A stretch of 38,421 nucleotides of DNA. Origin: Acidobacteriota bacterium. GTDB lineage: Bacteria; Acidobacteriota; Thermoanaerobaculia; Multivoradales; J023. Location of the stretch: positions 1-38,421 of the forward strand of contig JBCDBH010000008.1 in the NCBI GenBank assembly GCA_039184055.1. Direction: 5' to 3'. The notes beneath the pieces were generated by a model. The model was not told the origin of the DNA. It was given only the letters and a program-made list of their open reading frames with translations, and did not search any database. Both the position numbers and the translations under genes were made by a program. Below, one piece after another: positions 10,383-18,938 of this stretch. Within the stretch, counting starts at the first letter, position 1. Each line of letters starts with the position of its first letter.

Positions 10383-10469
10383 CGGTCCTGTCCATGTAGG
10401 ACCGGGCGATTTCTCTTGGTATTGAATGTCCATTCTCACTCTAGCAATATCTCTGGTCCGATCAGAGAT
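10383..10469. promoter_or_regulatory. Two inverted repeats in divergent intergenic region (CGGTCCT-N8-AGGACCG at 10383-10404; ATCTCTG-N7-CAGAGAT at 10449-10469), candidate operator sites
   Basis: Both repeats are perfect 7-bp arms read directly from the sequence. Both have a GTCC-containing spacer. They sit upstream of the minus-strand flavin reductase-polX operon, inside an AT-richer segment. Confidence 0.3.
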
Positions 10470-10501
10470 CCATCACTCGGTACCAAGATCCGTGTCGACG
10501 C

Positions 10502-10530
10502 TTGAAGCGATAAGCCAAGATGGCTATAAT
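10502..10530 (+). promoter_or_regulatory. Sigma70-like promoter (TTGAAG-17-TATAAT)
   Basis: The -35 element TTGAAG is at 10502-10507, followed by a 17-nt spacer. A perfect -10 TATAAT is at 10525-10530. It is immediately followed by a hairpin+T-tract (10538-10572). Confidence 0.4.
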
Positions 10531-10537
10531 CGCGCTC

Positions 10538-10572
10538 GCGTTGGGCGTTTCCGCCCTACGCCTCCTATTTTT
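10538..10572 (+). terminator. Intrinsic terminator-like hairpin + U-tract directly downstream of the 10502 promoter (possible attenuator or very short transcript)
   Basis: GCGTTGGGCG-tttc-CGCCCTACGC forms 9/10 bp. It is followed 6 nt later by TTTTT (10568-10572). Confidence 0.35.
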
Positions 10573-10722
10573 CGCACTTGCCAGACACCGAGATTTCCAG
10601 CCTCGGACACACCGATCTGCAAATCGGCCGCTGGGCAATCTCTATGATTAGTCGCATTGTCGTCCTCCCAGCAAAATAACCATACGTAGATGTGCAACTT
10701 CATGGTTTTCCGCTGATTTCCC

Positions 10723-10751
10723 TTGACACTCAACCGGGTGGACCGTATTCT
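10723..10751 (+). promoter_or_regulatory. Sigma70-like promoter (TTGACA-17-TATTCT) ~370 nt upstream of the TPP-enzyme gene
   Basis: A consensus -35 TTGACA is at 10723-10728, followed by a 17-nt spacer. The -10 TATTCT is at 10746-10751. It is oriented toward the 11120 CDS. Confidence 0.4.
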
Positions 10752-11119
10752 ACCGACCGTTCGGTTGAACAACGATTCGAACGACAAAACACGGGTCGGA
10801 CAGCCCGTGCGATCGATCGAATCGCGCTCAGGGAACCGTAAGAGGCGCATCATTCGGTTGTAAGAGGCTGGACAAACGACATGGAACAAGCGAAGCGAGG
10901 GCGAGTAGGAGGAGGCACAAAACGCACCCGTCCACCGCGTAAGGGGACGGCAGCCAAGCCGCGCGAGGGGGAGGCATTGGCAAGCCGACGCGGTGGACGG
11001 GTGAACAACTGATTACGATCACGGACGCGTTACCGCTCCGGGCCAAGGACCCGACAGCGACTGACGACGCGGCCAAGATCACGGTGTTATGAAGCACACC
11101 ATAGGGGAAAGGGAAGGGA

Positions 11120-12895
11120 ATGCAGCACTCCGCCCAGCACGACACACGGATTTCGGATCGCCACCAGCGCGATCTCTTTCATCCGCCAGAACTACAGGTC
11201 GAGACCACCGTCTCAGCGGCGCTCACGCGACACCTCCATGATTTGGGTGTCGAGCGTGCCTTTGGCGTCATCGGTGGCTCGATCGGCGTGTTTTTCGATG
11301 CGCTGGAAGAATCACTGATCGAGGTTCAGCACACCCGGCATGAAACCGGTGCGGCGTTCGCCGCCACCGAGGCGTATTTCGCCGCCAGCAAGCCGACCGT
11401 GGTCTACGCCACGACCGGCCCGGGTCTGCTCAATGTGCTCACCGGTATCGCCGCCGCCAAATGGGACGGTGCCAAGGTGATCCTCATCTCGGGCGCCACC
11501 AGCGCGCCGCAGCGTGGCCGCTGGGCCACCCAGGAAACCAGCTCCTACACCATGCCGCAGGACGTGTTCTACGGCCACGGCCCGATCTTCGACTATGCGG
11601 TGCGTATCGAGCACCCGGCGGAGATCACCGAAGCGATGCGTCGTCTGGCTCTCGGGCTTTCCCGCCCGGGTGGCTTCGTGGCGCACATCTGCTTGCCGAT
11701 CGGTGTCCAAGCGCAGCGTGTCGAGCTGCCACGGATTCGCGCCACGGCGAGCGTCGCCGCGCCGACCGCGGCGCGCGAAGACATCGAGCACACCGTCGAG
11801 CTGCTGAAATCGTCGCCGTTCGTCGTGTGGGCGGGTTTTGGCGCGCGCAAGGCCGCGCGACAGATCCGCGAGCTGGTCGAGCGCACCGGTAGCCGCATCA
11901 TGGTGTCACCACGGGGCAAGGGCATCATTCCCGAAGATCACCCTCTCTATCTCGGTGTGACGGGTCTCGGCGGTCATGAAGGACCGACCGAGCACATGCT
12001 GCAGCATCAGCCCGATTGGATCTTGGTGCTCGGCACGCGCTTGGGTGAAGCGACCTCGTTCTGGGATCGCGACCTCGAGCCGACCAAAGGCTTCATCCAC
12101 GTCGATCTCGATCCCTGTGTGCCTGGCACGGCCTACCCGCACGTGCGCACCGTCGGGGTCCACGCCGAAATCGGCACCTTTCTCGACTCCTTGATCCCTC
12201 ACTTCCCCGAAGGTGAGGTCGCCAGCGTGGTCAACGTCGCCTCGCGGATGCCGAGCACGGTCGAGAGCCTGACGCCGCTCACCGAAGGCCCGGTGCGGCC
12301 GCAGGTGCTGATGAACGCCATCCAGCGACGGATCGTCGCCGGTAGCGACGCCATGGTGATGAGCGAGTGCGGCAACTCCTTTGCCTGGTGTAACCATCAC
12401 CTCCGCTTCGCGCAGCCGGAGCGCTATCGGGTGAGCACCCTCTACGGCTCAATGGGTCATACCTGCGCCGGTGTCGTCGGCGCGGCGTTGGCGCGTGGCG
12501 GCAAGGCCGTCGCGGTGGTCGGCGATGGTGCGATGCTGATGAACTCGGAAATCTCGACCGCGGTGCAATACCACGCCCCGGCCGTGTGGATCGTCCTCAA
12601 CGACGCCGGCTACGGAATGTGCGAAAGCGGTCAACAAGTGCTCGGTTTGGCTTGCAATCAGCTCGAGATTCCTCGGGTCGACTTCGTCGGTCTGGCGCGC
12701 TCCCTGGGCGCCGACGGCATCTTGGTCGAGACCGAAGACATGCTCGACGTCGCGCTCGAAAAAGCGATGGACGCCCGCGCGCCGTTCGTGGTCGATGTTC
12801 GGATCGACAAGAACGAGCCGTCGCCGCTGATGCAACGCTTCGAAAGTCTTCTCAAACAGGGTAGCTCCAAACACGTCGCCGGCTGGGAGATCTGA
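11120..12895 (+). CDS. Thiamine-diphosphate-dependent enzyme of the acetolactate synthase / benzoylformate decarboxylase (POX/ALS) family
   Basis: The N-terminal TPP-enzyme Pyr domain is 'GVIGGSIGVFFDAL ... TGPGLLNVLTGIAAA'. The C-terminal TPP-binding motif is 'GDGAMLMNSEISTAV ... WIVLNDAGYGM' (GDG-x(24-27)-N). The 591-aa length fits the family. Confidence 0.8.
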   Translation: MQHSAQHDTRISDRHQRDLFHPPELQVETTVSAALTRHLHDLGVERAFGVIGGSIGVFFDALEESLIEVQHTRHETGAAFAATEAYFAASKPTVVYATTGPGLLNVLTGIAAAKWDGAKVILISGATSAPQRGRWATQETSSYTMPQDVFYGHGPIFDYAVRIEHPAEITEAMRRLALGLSRPGGFVAHICLPIGVQAQRVELPRIRATASVAAPTAAREDIEHTVELLKSSPFVVWAGFGARKAARQIRELVERTGSRIMVSPRGKGIIPEDHPLYLGVTGLGGHEGPTEHMLQHQPDWILVLGTRLGEATSFWDRDLEPTKGFIHVDLDPCVPGTAYPHVRTVGVHAEIGTFLDSLIPHFPEGEVASVVNVASRMPSTVESLTPLTEGPVRPQVLMNAIQRRIVAGSDAMVMSECGNSFAWCNHHLRFAQPERYRVSTLYGSMGHTCAGVVGAALARGGKAVAVVGDGAMLMNSEISTAVQYHAPAVWIVLNDAGYGMCESGQQVLGLACNQLEIPRVDFVGLARSLGADGILVETEDMLDVALEKAMDARAPFVVDVRIDKNEPSPLMQRFESLLKQGSSKHVAGWEI

Positions 12896-13070
12896 TCCCG
12901 GCCGACGTCGTTTTGTCCCGTTGATTCGCGATCGCGGTAGTCTTTTCTCTGCCCGATCGTTTTGTCGATAGCTCGCCCTCGGGGCGCGTGGGTGTGTTCG
13001 CGCACGCCCGATCGCGTCGCGAAGGCCGTGTGCCTGCCGTGGTGTCTCGGCAGGAACCATGGAGATCCTC

Positions 13071-14273
13071 ATGACTCAGCCGACCGTCGGTCTACAAGCC
13101 CTCGCCATCAGCGCTCCCGACCAACCCGAAAATGTGGTCACCAACGACTATTGGCGCACCCACTTCCCGGAGCTCGTCGAGCGCGCCGAAGAAAAGATCT
13201 GGATGTGGAAGAAGCCGAAGGACTGGAGCGAAGGCTCGGAGATCTTCAACCGCACCATGGCTCCGTTCGTGCTCGATCCGTTTCGTGGCGCACGGGAGCG
13301 ACGGCGTCTGCCCAAGGGCGGCACGGCCCTTTCGCTCGAGGTCGACGCGGCGGAAAAAGCGCTCGCCGCGCGCGGCTTGGAGATCGGCGACATCGATCTG
13401 ATTCTGTGCACGTCGTTCCTTCCCGACTCGGTCGGCATCGGTGGCGCGACGTTCCTCGCCCAGGCTTTGGGACACGACGGCGCGGCCTGGAACCTCGAAT
13501 CGGCGTGCTCGAGTGGCACCATCGGCTTCATGACCGCCTGCGGTCTGATCCAGGCCGGGCAATACAAACGAGTCCTGGTGATGACCTCTTGTGTCTACTC
13601 GCGCGTCGCCCAGGACGACGACCCGATTTCGTGGGGCGTCGGCGACTCGGCGATCGCCATGATCGTCGGTGAGGTCGAGGCCGACGGCGCCTACCTGGGT
13701 GGCCACACGGTGCATTCCGCCGCCACCTGTGGCGCGGTGTCGTACACCATCGACGAGGATGCCGAAGGCGAACCGTATTTCCGTCTCACCATGGGCAAGC
13801 AAGGCGCTCGTCTGCTCCGCGAGACCTCGGAGCCTTATTTGAAGACGTGCACCCACGGCGCGCTCGGCCAAGCCGGGCTCGAGGTGAACGACCTCGACTT
13901 CATCGCGGTCAACACCCCGCTCGCCTGGTACGCCACATTCTGCTGCAAGGTGCTCGGTCTTCCCACCGATCGCACTCTGTCGGTCTACCCACTCTACGCC
14001 AACGTCGGCCCGGCGCTGATGGGTCTCAACCTCTTTCATGCCGCCGCCTGGGGACTGATCGAGCGCGGCCAGAAGGTCTTGCTCTACTCGGTCGGCAGCG
14101 TGTCGAGCTGCGCCGCCGTGGTCATGGAATGGGGCGACGTCGCGCTCGGCCCGGTGCCGGCTGGAGCCAGCCTCGAGCATCTTCGCGCGATCGAAGCGCA
14201 GACGCTCGTCGACGCCGAGCGCCAGCGGCAAGCGATCGAGGAACGCCACGAGCTCGACGAACAAGTAGCCTGA
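13071..14273 (+). CDS. KAS III (FabH)-like thiolase-fold condensing enzyme, ~400 aa long form
   Basis: The active-site Cys context is 'NLESACSSGTIGF'. The overall pattern is FabH/chalcone-synthase-like (the 'GDSAIAMIV' region). The ORF track starts at 13059. The ATG at 13071 has better SD spacing (GGAG-6nt-ATG). Confidence 0.75.
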   Translation: MTQPTVGLQALAISAPDQPENVVTNDYWRTHFPELVERAEEKIWMWKKPKDWSEGSEIFNRTMAPFVLDPFRGARERRRLPKGGTALSLEVDAAEKALAARGLEIGDIDLILCTSFLPDSVGIGGATFLAQALGHDGAAWNLESACSSGTIGFMTACGLIQAGQYKRVLVMTSCVYSRVAQDDDPISWGVGDSAIAMIVGEVEADGAYLGGHTVHSAATCGAVSYTIDEDAEGEPYFRLTMGKQGARLLRETSEPYLKTCTHGALGQAGLEVNDLDFIAVNTPLAWYATFCCKVLGLPTDRTLSVYPLYANVGPALMGLNLFHAAAWGLIERGQKVLLYSVGSVSSCAAVVMEWGDVALGPVPAGASLEHLRAIEAQTLVDAERQRQAIEERHELDEQVA

Positions 14274-14320
14274 CACCTTCACGGGAGCCGGATACACGGC
14301 GTCCGAATCTCTGTTCCTTG

Positions 14321-14344
14321 TGCATCCACTCTTGACAGGATGCA
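14321..14344. promoter_or_regulatory. Inverted repeat TGCATCC-N10-GGATGCA overlapping a TTGACA hexamer; candidate TetR operator
   Basis: The 7-bp arms are perfect (14321-14327 and 14338-14344). TTGACA at 14332-14337 sits inside the spacer. The repeat lies 180 nt upstream of the TetR gene. Confidence 0.3.
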
Positions 14345-14526
14345 TGAGAGTCGACATCATCCGTCCGACCGGACGGTTGGTATCGTACGTATGGGATTCT
14401 GGATCACGGTGACATCCATCGGAAAACGAGATTCACCGGGAACGAGATCCGACATCTCCGAGAACCAATCGATCCGAGATCCGAGACCGCAGAGCTCCAT
14501 CAGGACAGTAGTAGGAACGAAACGCC

Positions 14527-15162
14527 ATGGCCTTTCAGAAACCACCGACGATCAGCGATGACAAGCGCGCGCAGGAGATCTACCGACGCGCCGCCAAGGT
14601 AATCTACGATCGCGGTTTCGACGCCACCTCGATGGGCGATATCGCACGCGCCGTCGACCTCACCAAAGGCGGTCTCTACTACTACATCAAGGGCAAAAAG
14701 GCGCTCCTCTTCGCGATCATGTCCTTCGCCCTCGATCTGCTCGACGAGCAGGTGATCGAGCCGGCGTTGGCGATCGACGATCCCGAGGCACGGCTACGTC
14801 GTTTGCTCGCCGGGCAGATGCGTCTGGTGATGAACGAGCCGAGCCCGATGACCATTCTCGTCTACGAAGAAGAGGGTCTCGACGAGAACCATCGCGCCAA
14901 GATCGAAGAGCGTAAGAGCGCGCACTCCCAGCTCCTCGAAGACACCATCGCCGACGTGCTCGCCGGTCGCCCGCAGCATCTCAACGCCGATCCGAAGATC
15001 GCCACCTACAGCATTCTCGGCATGATCCACTGGCTGGTGCGGTGGTATCAGGACGAGGAAAACGTCGAGCAAGACGAGGTCGTCGAGCAGCTGCTCCGCT
15101 TCGTGCTCCACGGTCTGTCGTCGAAGCCGCTCCAATCGGGCTCCGACGACTCTCTGGCCTGA
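14527..15162 (+). CDS. TetR/AcrR family transcriptional regulator
   Basis: The N-terminal HTH 'AAKVIYDRGFDATSMGDIARAVDLTKGGLYYYIKGKKALLFAI' is the classical TetR_N signature. Length is 211 aa. Confidence 0.85.
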   Translation: MAFQKPPTISDDKRAQEIYRRAAKVIYDRGFDATSMGDIARAVDLTKGGLYYYIKGKKALLFAIMSFALDLLDEQVIEPALAIDDPEARLRRLLAGQMRLVMNEPSPMTILVYEEEGLDENHRAKIEERKSAHSQLLEDTIADVLAGRPQHLNADPKIATYSILGMIHWLVRWYQDEENVEQDEVVEQLLRFVLHGLSSKPLQSGSDDSLA

Positions 15163-15175
15163 GCCACTCCCACTC

Positions 15176-16228
15176 TCAGTCGATGCGGGTCGGCGCGTCG
15201 TTCCCCCACGCCTCGTCGAGCGCGGCCAACGCCGCCGGATGACGCATCGGGAAATCGCGATGCGCGCGGATGCGACCAGGCATCCACTTCCACCAGAACA
15301 TACCCGTGATGAACGGTGTCGCCTCGACCCGCTCGATCGCCGTGTGGATCAACAGATCGCGAAACGCCACCACGCGCTCGTCGGCGCTCGCGCTGCGGTC
15401 GGTATGCCACGGCTCGAGGGCCGCGTTGAGCGAGAGGTCGTAGCCGATCTCGGTCAGGACGATCGGCTTGGCGTGTTTGTCGGCCAGCTTCCGGAGCACG
15501 TCGAGATGGAGATCCCAGGCCTGGTCGAGATCTTGCCGTGAGGGCGGGCGTTCGTCGTCGGCGAGTGGGAAATAGGCCTGCACGCCGATCTGGTCGACGG
15601 CATCCCAGAAGGGCACCTTGTCGAGCGAATCCCAGTTCGCCGCGTAGGTGATGTCACCCCGATAAACCTCGCGCACCCGTTCGAGGATCTGGCGCCACTC
15701 GGGCCGATGCGTCGTCGCTTCGAGCTCGACGCCGACGGCGAACAGCGGCGCGTCGGCCGCCTCGGCAAACCGCGCCTGATCGACGATGAACTCCTCGTAG
15801 TCGGTGAAGAAACGACGCCAGGCCGTCTCGTCGTCACCGAATTCGATCACCCCACGCCATTCGAAGCTCCCCCAATACGCCAGGTGCGGCTTCCAGAAGA
15901 GGGCCATATCGGCGTCGCGGGCAATGTCGACCGCGCGATCCAGGTAGCCGGTCCCCGCGGCCGGGTAGATCCTCATCCCGCCGTCGCGACGGATCCCGGC
16001 GTAGGGATGGATCGACACCCAATCGACCCCGATGTCATGCAGTTGCCGGAGGCTGTCGGCAAAGGCGGGTGAGCCCCAAATCTCGCCAAAACGTGGACAG
16101 GTGACGGTCATGCCACGCATAAAGCGAGACGTCGAAGTGGATGCGATCTCGACCTCCGTTGTCGGGGTCGAAGCGGCCGCGACCGCGGCGGAAAGGACGA
16201 TGAATAGGCTCGACAATACAGAGCGCAT
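15176..16228 (-). CDS. Secreted TIM-barrel glycoside hydrolase (GH5/GH26/GH113-like clan GH-A)
   Basis: There is a signal peptide 'MRSVLSSLFIVLSAAVAAAS'. An 'ANWD' acid/base-like region and a 'VLTEIGY' nucleophile-like Glu motif fit clan GH-A. The exact family cannot be assigned without a search. Confidence 0.55.
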   Translation of the reverse strand: MRSVLSSLFIVLSAAVAAASTPTTEVEIASTSTSRFMRGMTVTCPRFGEIWGSPAFADSLRQLHDIGVDWVSIHPYAGIRRDGGMRIYPAAGTGYLDRAVDIARDADMALFWKPHLAYWGSFEWRGVIEFGDDETAWRRFFTDYEEFIVDQARFAEAADAPLFAVGVELEATTHRPEWRQILERVREVYRGDITYAANWDSLDKVPFWDAVDQIGVQAYFPLADDERPPSRQDLDQAWDLHLDVLRKLADKHAKPIVLTEIGYDLSLNAALEPWHTDRSASADERVVAFRDLLIHTAIERVEATPFITGMFWWKWMPGRIRAHRDFPMRHPAALAALDEAWGNDAPTRID

Positions 16229-16317
16229 GGGGAATTCTAGACCAGGTCACGATGGTATAGTTCCCCGTCCCGTGGCGCAGCCACTGACCCCCACCCGAGC
16301 GGCAGGAGAATTCCGTC

Positions 16318-17601
16318 TTGAACGTCCTTCATGAGCTCGAATGGCGTGGGCTCGTCTACGACCAAACCGAAGGTCTCGACGCGCACCTCGCGAGCGACAA
16401 CGTTACGCATTACATCGGCTTCGACCCCACCGCCCACAGTCTCCACGTCGGCAGCTTGTTACCGATTTTGGCTTTGGCGCGTCTGCAACGCGCCGGCCAC
16501 ACCCCGATCGCGGTGGTGGGTGGTGGCACCGGCATGATCGGTGACCCCAGCGGCAAGAGCAAAGAGCGCAGCCTCCTCACTCCCGAGCAAATCGATCACA
16601 ACCTCGAAGGGATTCGTGGTCAGCTGGCGCGCTTTCTCGATTTCGATGCGGTGAAGAATCCGGCCACGATCGTCAACAACGCCGATTGGCTGGGCGAAGC
16701 GAACCTCATCGATTTCCTGCGCGAAATCGGCAAGCATTTCACCGTCAATTACATGCTCGCCAAGGAGTCGACCAAACGACGTCTGGCCAGCGACGACGGG
16801 ATCTCCTATACCGAGTTCAGCTACCTGCTTCTCCAGAGCTGGGACTTCCTGGTGCTCAACCAGCGCTATGGCTGCACCCTCCAGCTCGGCGGTAGCGATC
16901 AATGGGGCAACATCACCGCCGGGATCGAGCTGATCCGCCGCATGCGGAGTGGCAAAGCCCACGGTCTGGTGATGCCCCTGGTGACCAGCGCCAGCGGTGT
17001 CAAATTCGGCAAGACCGAAGCCGGCACCGTGTGGCTCGACGCCGAGCTCACCTCGCCGTATCGCTTCTACCAGTTCTGGCGCAACACCAGCGACCAGGAC
17101 GTGGTGTCGTACCTCAAATTCTTCACCTTCTTGACCCGAGACGAGATCGCCGAGCTCGAAACCGCGCTCGCCGAGAAGCCACAAGAGCAGGCGGCGCAGA
17201 AACGGCTGGCGCTCGAAGTGACCTCGATGGTGCACGGTGCCGACGCCGCCAACAGCGCCATCCGCGCCTCGGCGGTGCTCTTCGGTGCCGAGATCGCCGA
17301 TCTCAGCGCCGCCGAATTGCTCGAGATCTTCGACGACGTTCCATCGAGCGCGCTCGACGAGCACGCCCTCGACGACACCAACGGCATCAGCGTCGTCGAG
17401 CTTTTCGTCGCCAGCGGTCTCGAAACCTCCAAAGGCGCGTGCCGGCGTCTGATCAAAAGCGGTGGCGTCTATGTCAACAATCGCCGCGTCACCGACGAAC
17501 AAGCCCGAATCGGCGTCGACGACTTTCTCGATGGACGAGCGTTGGTGTTGCGCAAAGGACAAAAGCGCTATCACGTCGTCACCCGCCACGGAGACCCTTG
17601 A
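16318..17601 (+). CDS. tyrS: Tyrosine--tRNA ligase
   Basis: The class I HIGH motif is 'GFDPTAHSLHVGSL'. The KMSKS-type motif is 'KFGKT'. There is a C-terminal S4 domain. The sequence aligns along its length with bacterial TyrRS. The start is TTG at 16318, with GGAG 9 nt upstream. Confidence 0.9.
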   Translation: MNVLHELEWRGLVYDQTEGLDAHLASDNVTHYIGFDPTAHSLHVGSLLPILALARLQRAGHTPIAVVGGGTGMIGDPSGKSKERSLLTPEQIDHNLEGIRGQLARFLDFDAVKNPATIVNNADWLGEANLIDFLREIGKHFTVNYMLAKESTKRRLASDDGISYTEFSYLLLQSWDFLVLNQRYGCTLQLGGSDQWGNITAGIELIRRMRSGKAHGLVMPLVTSASGVKFGKTEAGTVWLDAELTSPYRFYQFWRNTSDQDVVSYLKFFTFLTRDEIAELETALAEKPQEQAAQKRLALEVTSMVHGADAANSAIRASAVLFGAEIADLSAAELLEIFDDVPSSALDEHALDDTNGISVVELFVASGLETSKGACRRLIKSGGVYVNNRRVTDEQARIGVDDFLDGRALVLRKGQKRYHVVTRHGDP

Positions 17602-18938
17602 TGAGCCCGATCGTGATTCCCGCGCCCCCGTCGACCGACTTCGCCAAACCCAGAGTTCGCCTGCTTCTCGGCACTGACGAATACATTTCGTTCGAGCGTC
17701 GGGTCGCCCTGGTGCCACAGCACCTCGTCGTGCTGCGTGAGAACCTCGCCGCGCACGATCTCGAAGTCGATCTCCTGGTCTACCGTGGTGCCGGTGAACG
17801 CGCCTCGGGGGACGGCCATGGCGGCTTTCCCGACGACGCGTATCGCGCGGTCGGCGCCGAGATCGTCGACGAAGACAGCCTCGCCAACCAACCAGCGGTC
17901 GACGTCGTCCACGCGCTCAAGGAACCGACCGAGTATGAAAGCCTGCTACCCGGCCCGTTTCTCCGTCTCGGCGCGCTCCACCTGGCCTCCAAGCCACCCG
18001 GCGTATGCGCCATGCTCGGCCGTCGTAACTTCGCCGGCATCTTCGACGGTGGCACCGTCGGGAGCTGCGCCTACCTGCTCGATGGTGGCGATCGCACCCC
18101 GATCGTCGCCAGCATGTCGCGTTTCGCCGGTCGCGTCGCCGCGCGGCACGTCCTCGACGCGCTCGCCGACCACCACCTCGGCGCCAGCAAAGTCGTCGTC
18201 GTCGGCGGTGGTGTCGCCGGTCGCGCCGCCATCGAAACCGTCAAGCCGCTCGTCTCCGAGCTCGTCGTCGTCGAGAAGTACGAGCCCATGCACGGTTGGC
18301 TCGCCGGTCAGCTCGCGGCCATGGGGATCGAGAACCACGACATTCGCGTCGATCTCGACGACGACGCCGTCGACGGCGCCATCGCCATCATCTTCGCCCA
18401 TCGCTCCGGCGCCCAGGCGGCCGAGAAGGTCTGCAACATCGACCAGATTCGGATGATGGAAAAGGCAGCCGCGATCGCTGACATCGCCATCGACCAGGGT
18501 GGCAGCATCCTCCATCCCGAATACGACGAACGCGACGACGCCGTCGCCGCGCGGAGCAAGTACCAGCGGATCTTCGCCGAGCTCGGCTACTCGTACTACG
18601 CCGAAACCAACATGCCTCGCGAAGCACCTCACGGCGCCTCCGAGCACCACGGCGAAGCCTCCCTCGCCTACGTCGCCGTCCTCCTCATGCTCTCCGCCCT
18701 CCACGGCGGACCCGCGGAAGCCGTCGAAGTCGTCCGTGCCCGGCCCATGGCCCATTACACCGAGCCGGCCGCCGTCGCCGCCCTCGACCCCTTCTCCGCT
18801 CACGTTCAAGACCTGAGAAACGGCCTCCAACTCACTCTGATCCACGACGACATCGAGATCACCGATCCCGACGTCCGCGCCGACGAACACATGTTGCGCT
18901 GGGTCACGGGTTGCGCGGCTGGTCCGGCCGAGCAATAG
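17601..18938 (+). CDS. Alanine dehydrogenase / PNT-family NAD(P)-binding dehydrogenase-like protein with C-terminal extension
   Basis: The ATG overlaps the tyrS stop (TGATG). The N-domain 'RVALVP ... VVHALKEP' and the Rossmann motif 'VVVVGGGVAGRAA' match the AlaDH/PNT architecture. About 70 extra C-terminal residues are present. The ORF-track start at 16902 is an out-of-frame run through tyrS and is rejected. Confidence 0.55.
   Translation: MSPIVIPAPPSTDFAKPRVRLLLGTDEYISFERRVALVPQHLVVLRENLAAHDLEVDLLVYRGAGERASGDGHGGFPDDAYRAVGAEIVDEDSLANQPAVDVVHALKEPTEYESLLPGPFLRLGALHLASKPPGVCAMLGRRNFAGIFDGGTVGSCAYLLDGGDRTPIVASMSRFAGRVAARHVLDALADHHLGASKVVVVGGGVAGRAAIETVKPLVSELVVVEKYEPMHGWLAGQLAAMGIENHDIRVDLDDDAVDGAIAIIFAHRSGAQAAEKVCNIDQIRMMEKAAAIADIAIDQGGSILHPEYDERDDAVAARSKYQRIFAELGYSYYAETNMPREAPHGASEHHGEASLAYVAVLLMLSALHGGPAEAVEVVRARPMAHYTEPAAVAALDPFSAHVQDLRNGLQLTLIHDDIEITDPDVRADEHMLRWVTGCAAGPAEQ

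Noticed and set aside
10660-11100. Possible TPP riboswitch in the long 5' UTR of the TPP-dependent enzyme gene
   Set aside because: I looked for the conserved CUGAGA / ACCUGAUCUGGAUAAUGCCAGCG core and did not find it. A covariance-model scan would be needed to exclude other riboswitch classes.
10524-11145. Minus-strand ORFs 10524-10889 and 10828-11145 in the AT-richer leader
   Set aside because: There is no SD or motifs. The region has promoter/terminator-like signals on the plus strand and atypical composition, so it is more likely non-coding.
13092-14360. 422-aa minus-strand ORF antisense to the KAS III gene (and 12962-13672 + overlapping ORF)
   Set aside because: They are antisense to or out of frame with a CDS carrying the FabH active-site signature. 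Their composition is Arg/Gly-rich.
16902-17600. 5' part of the 678-aa ORF track entry (16902-18938) overlapping tyrS
   Set aside because: It is out of frame relative to tyrS, which has strong full-length homology. The real gene starts at the ATG at 17601, overlapping the tyrS stop.
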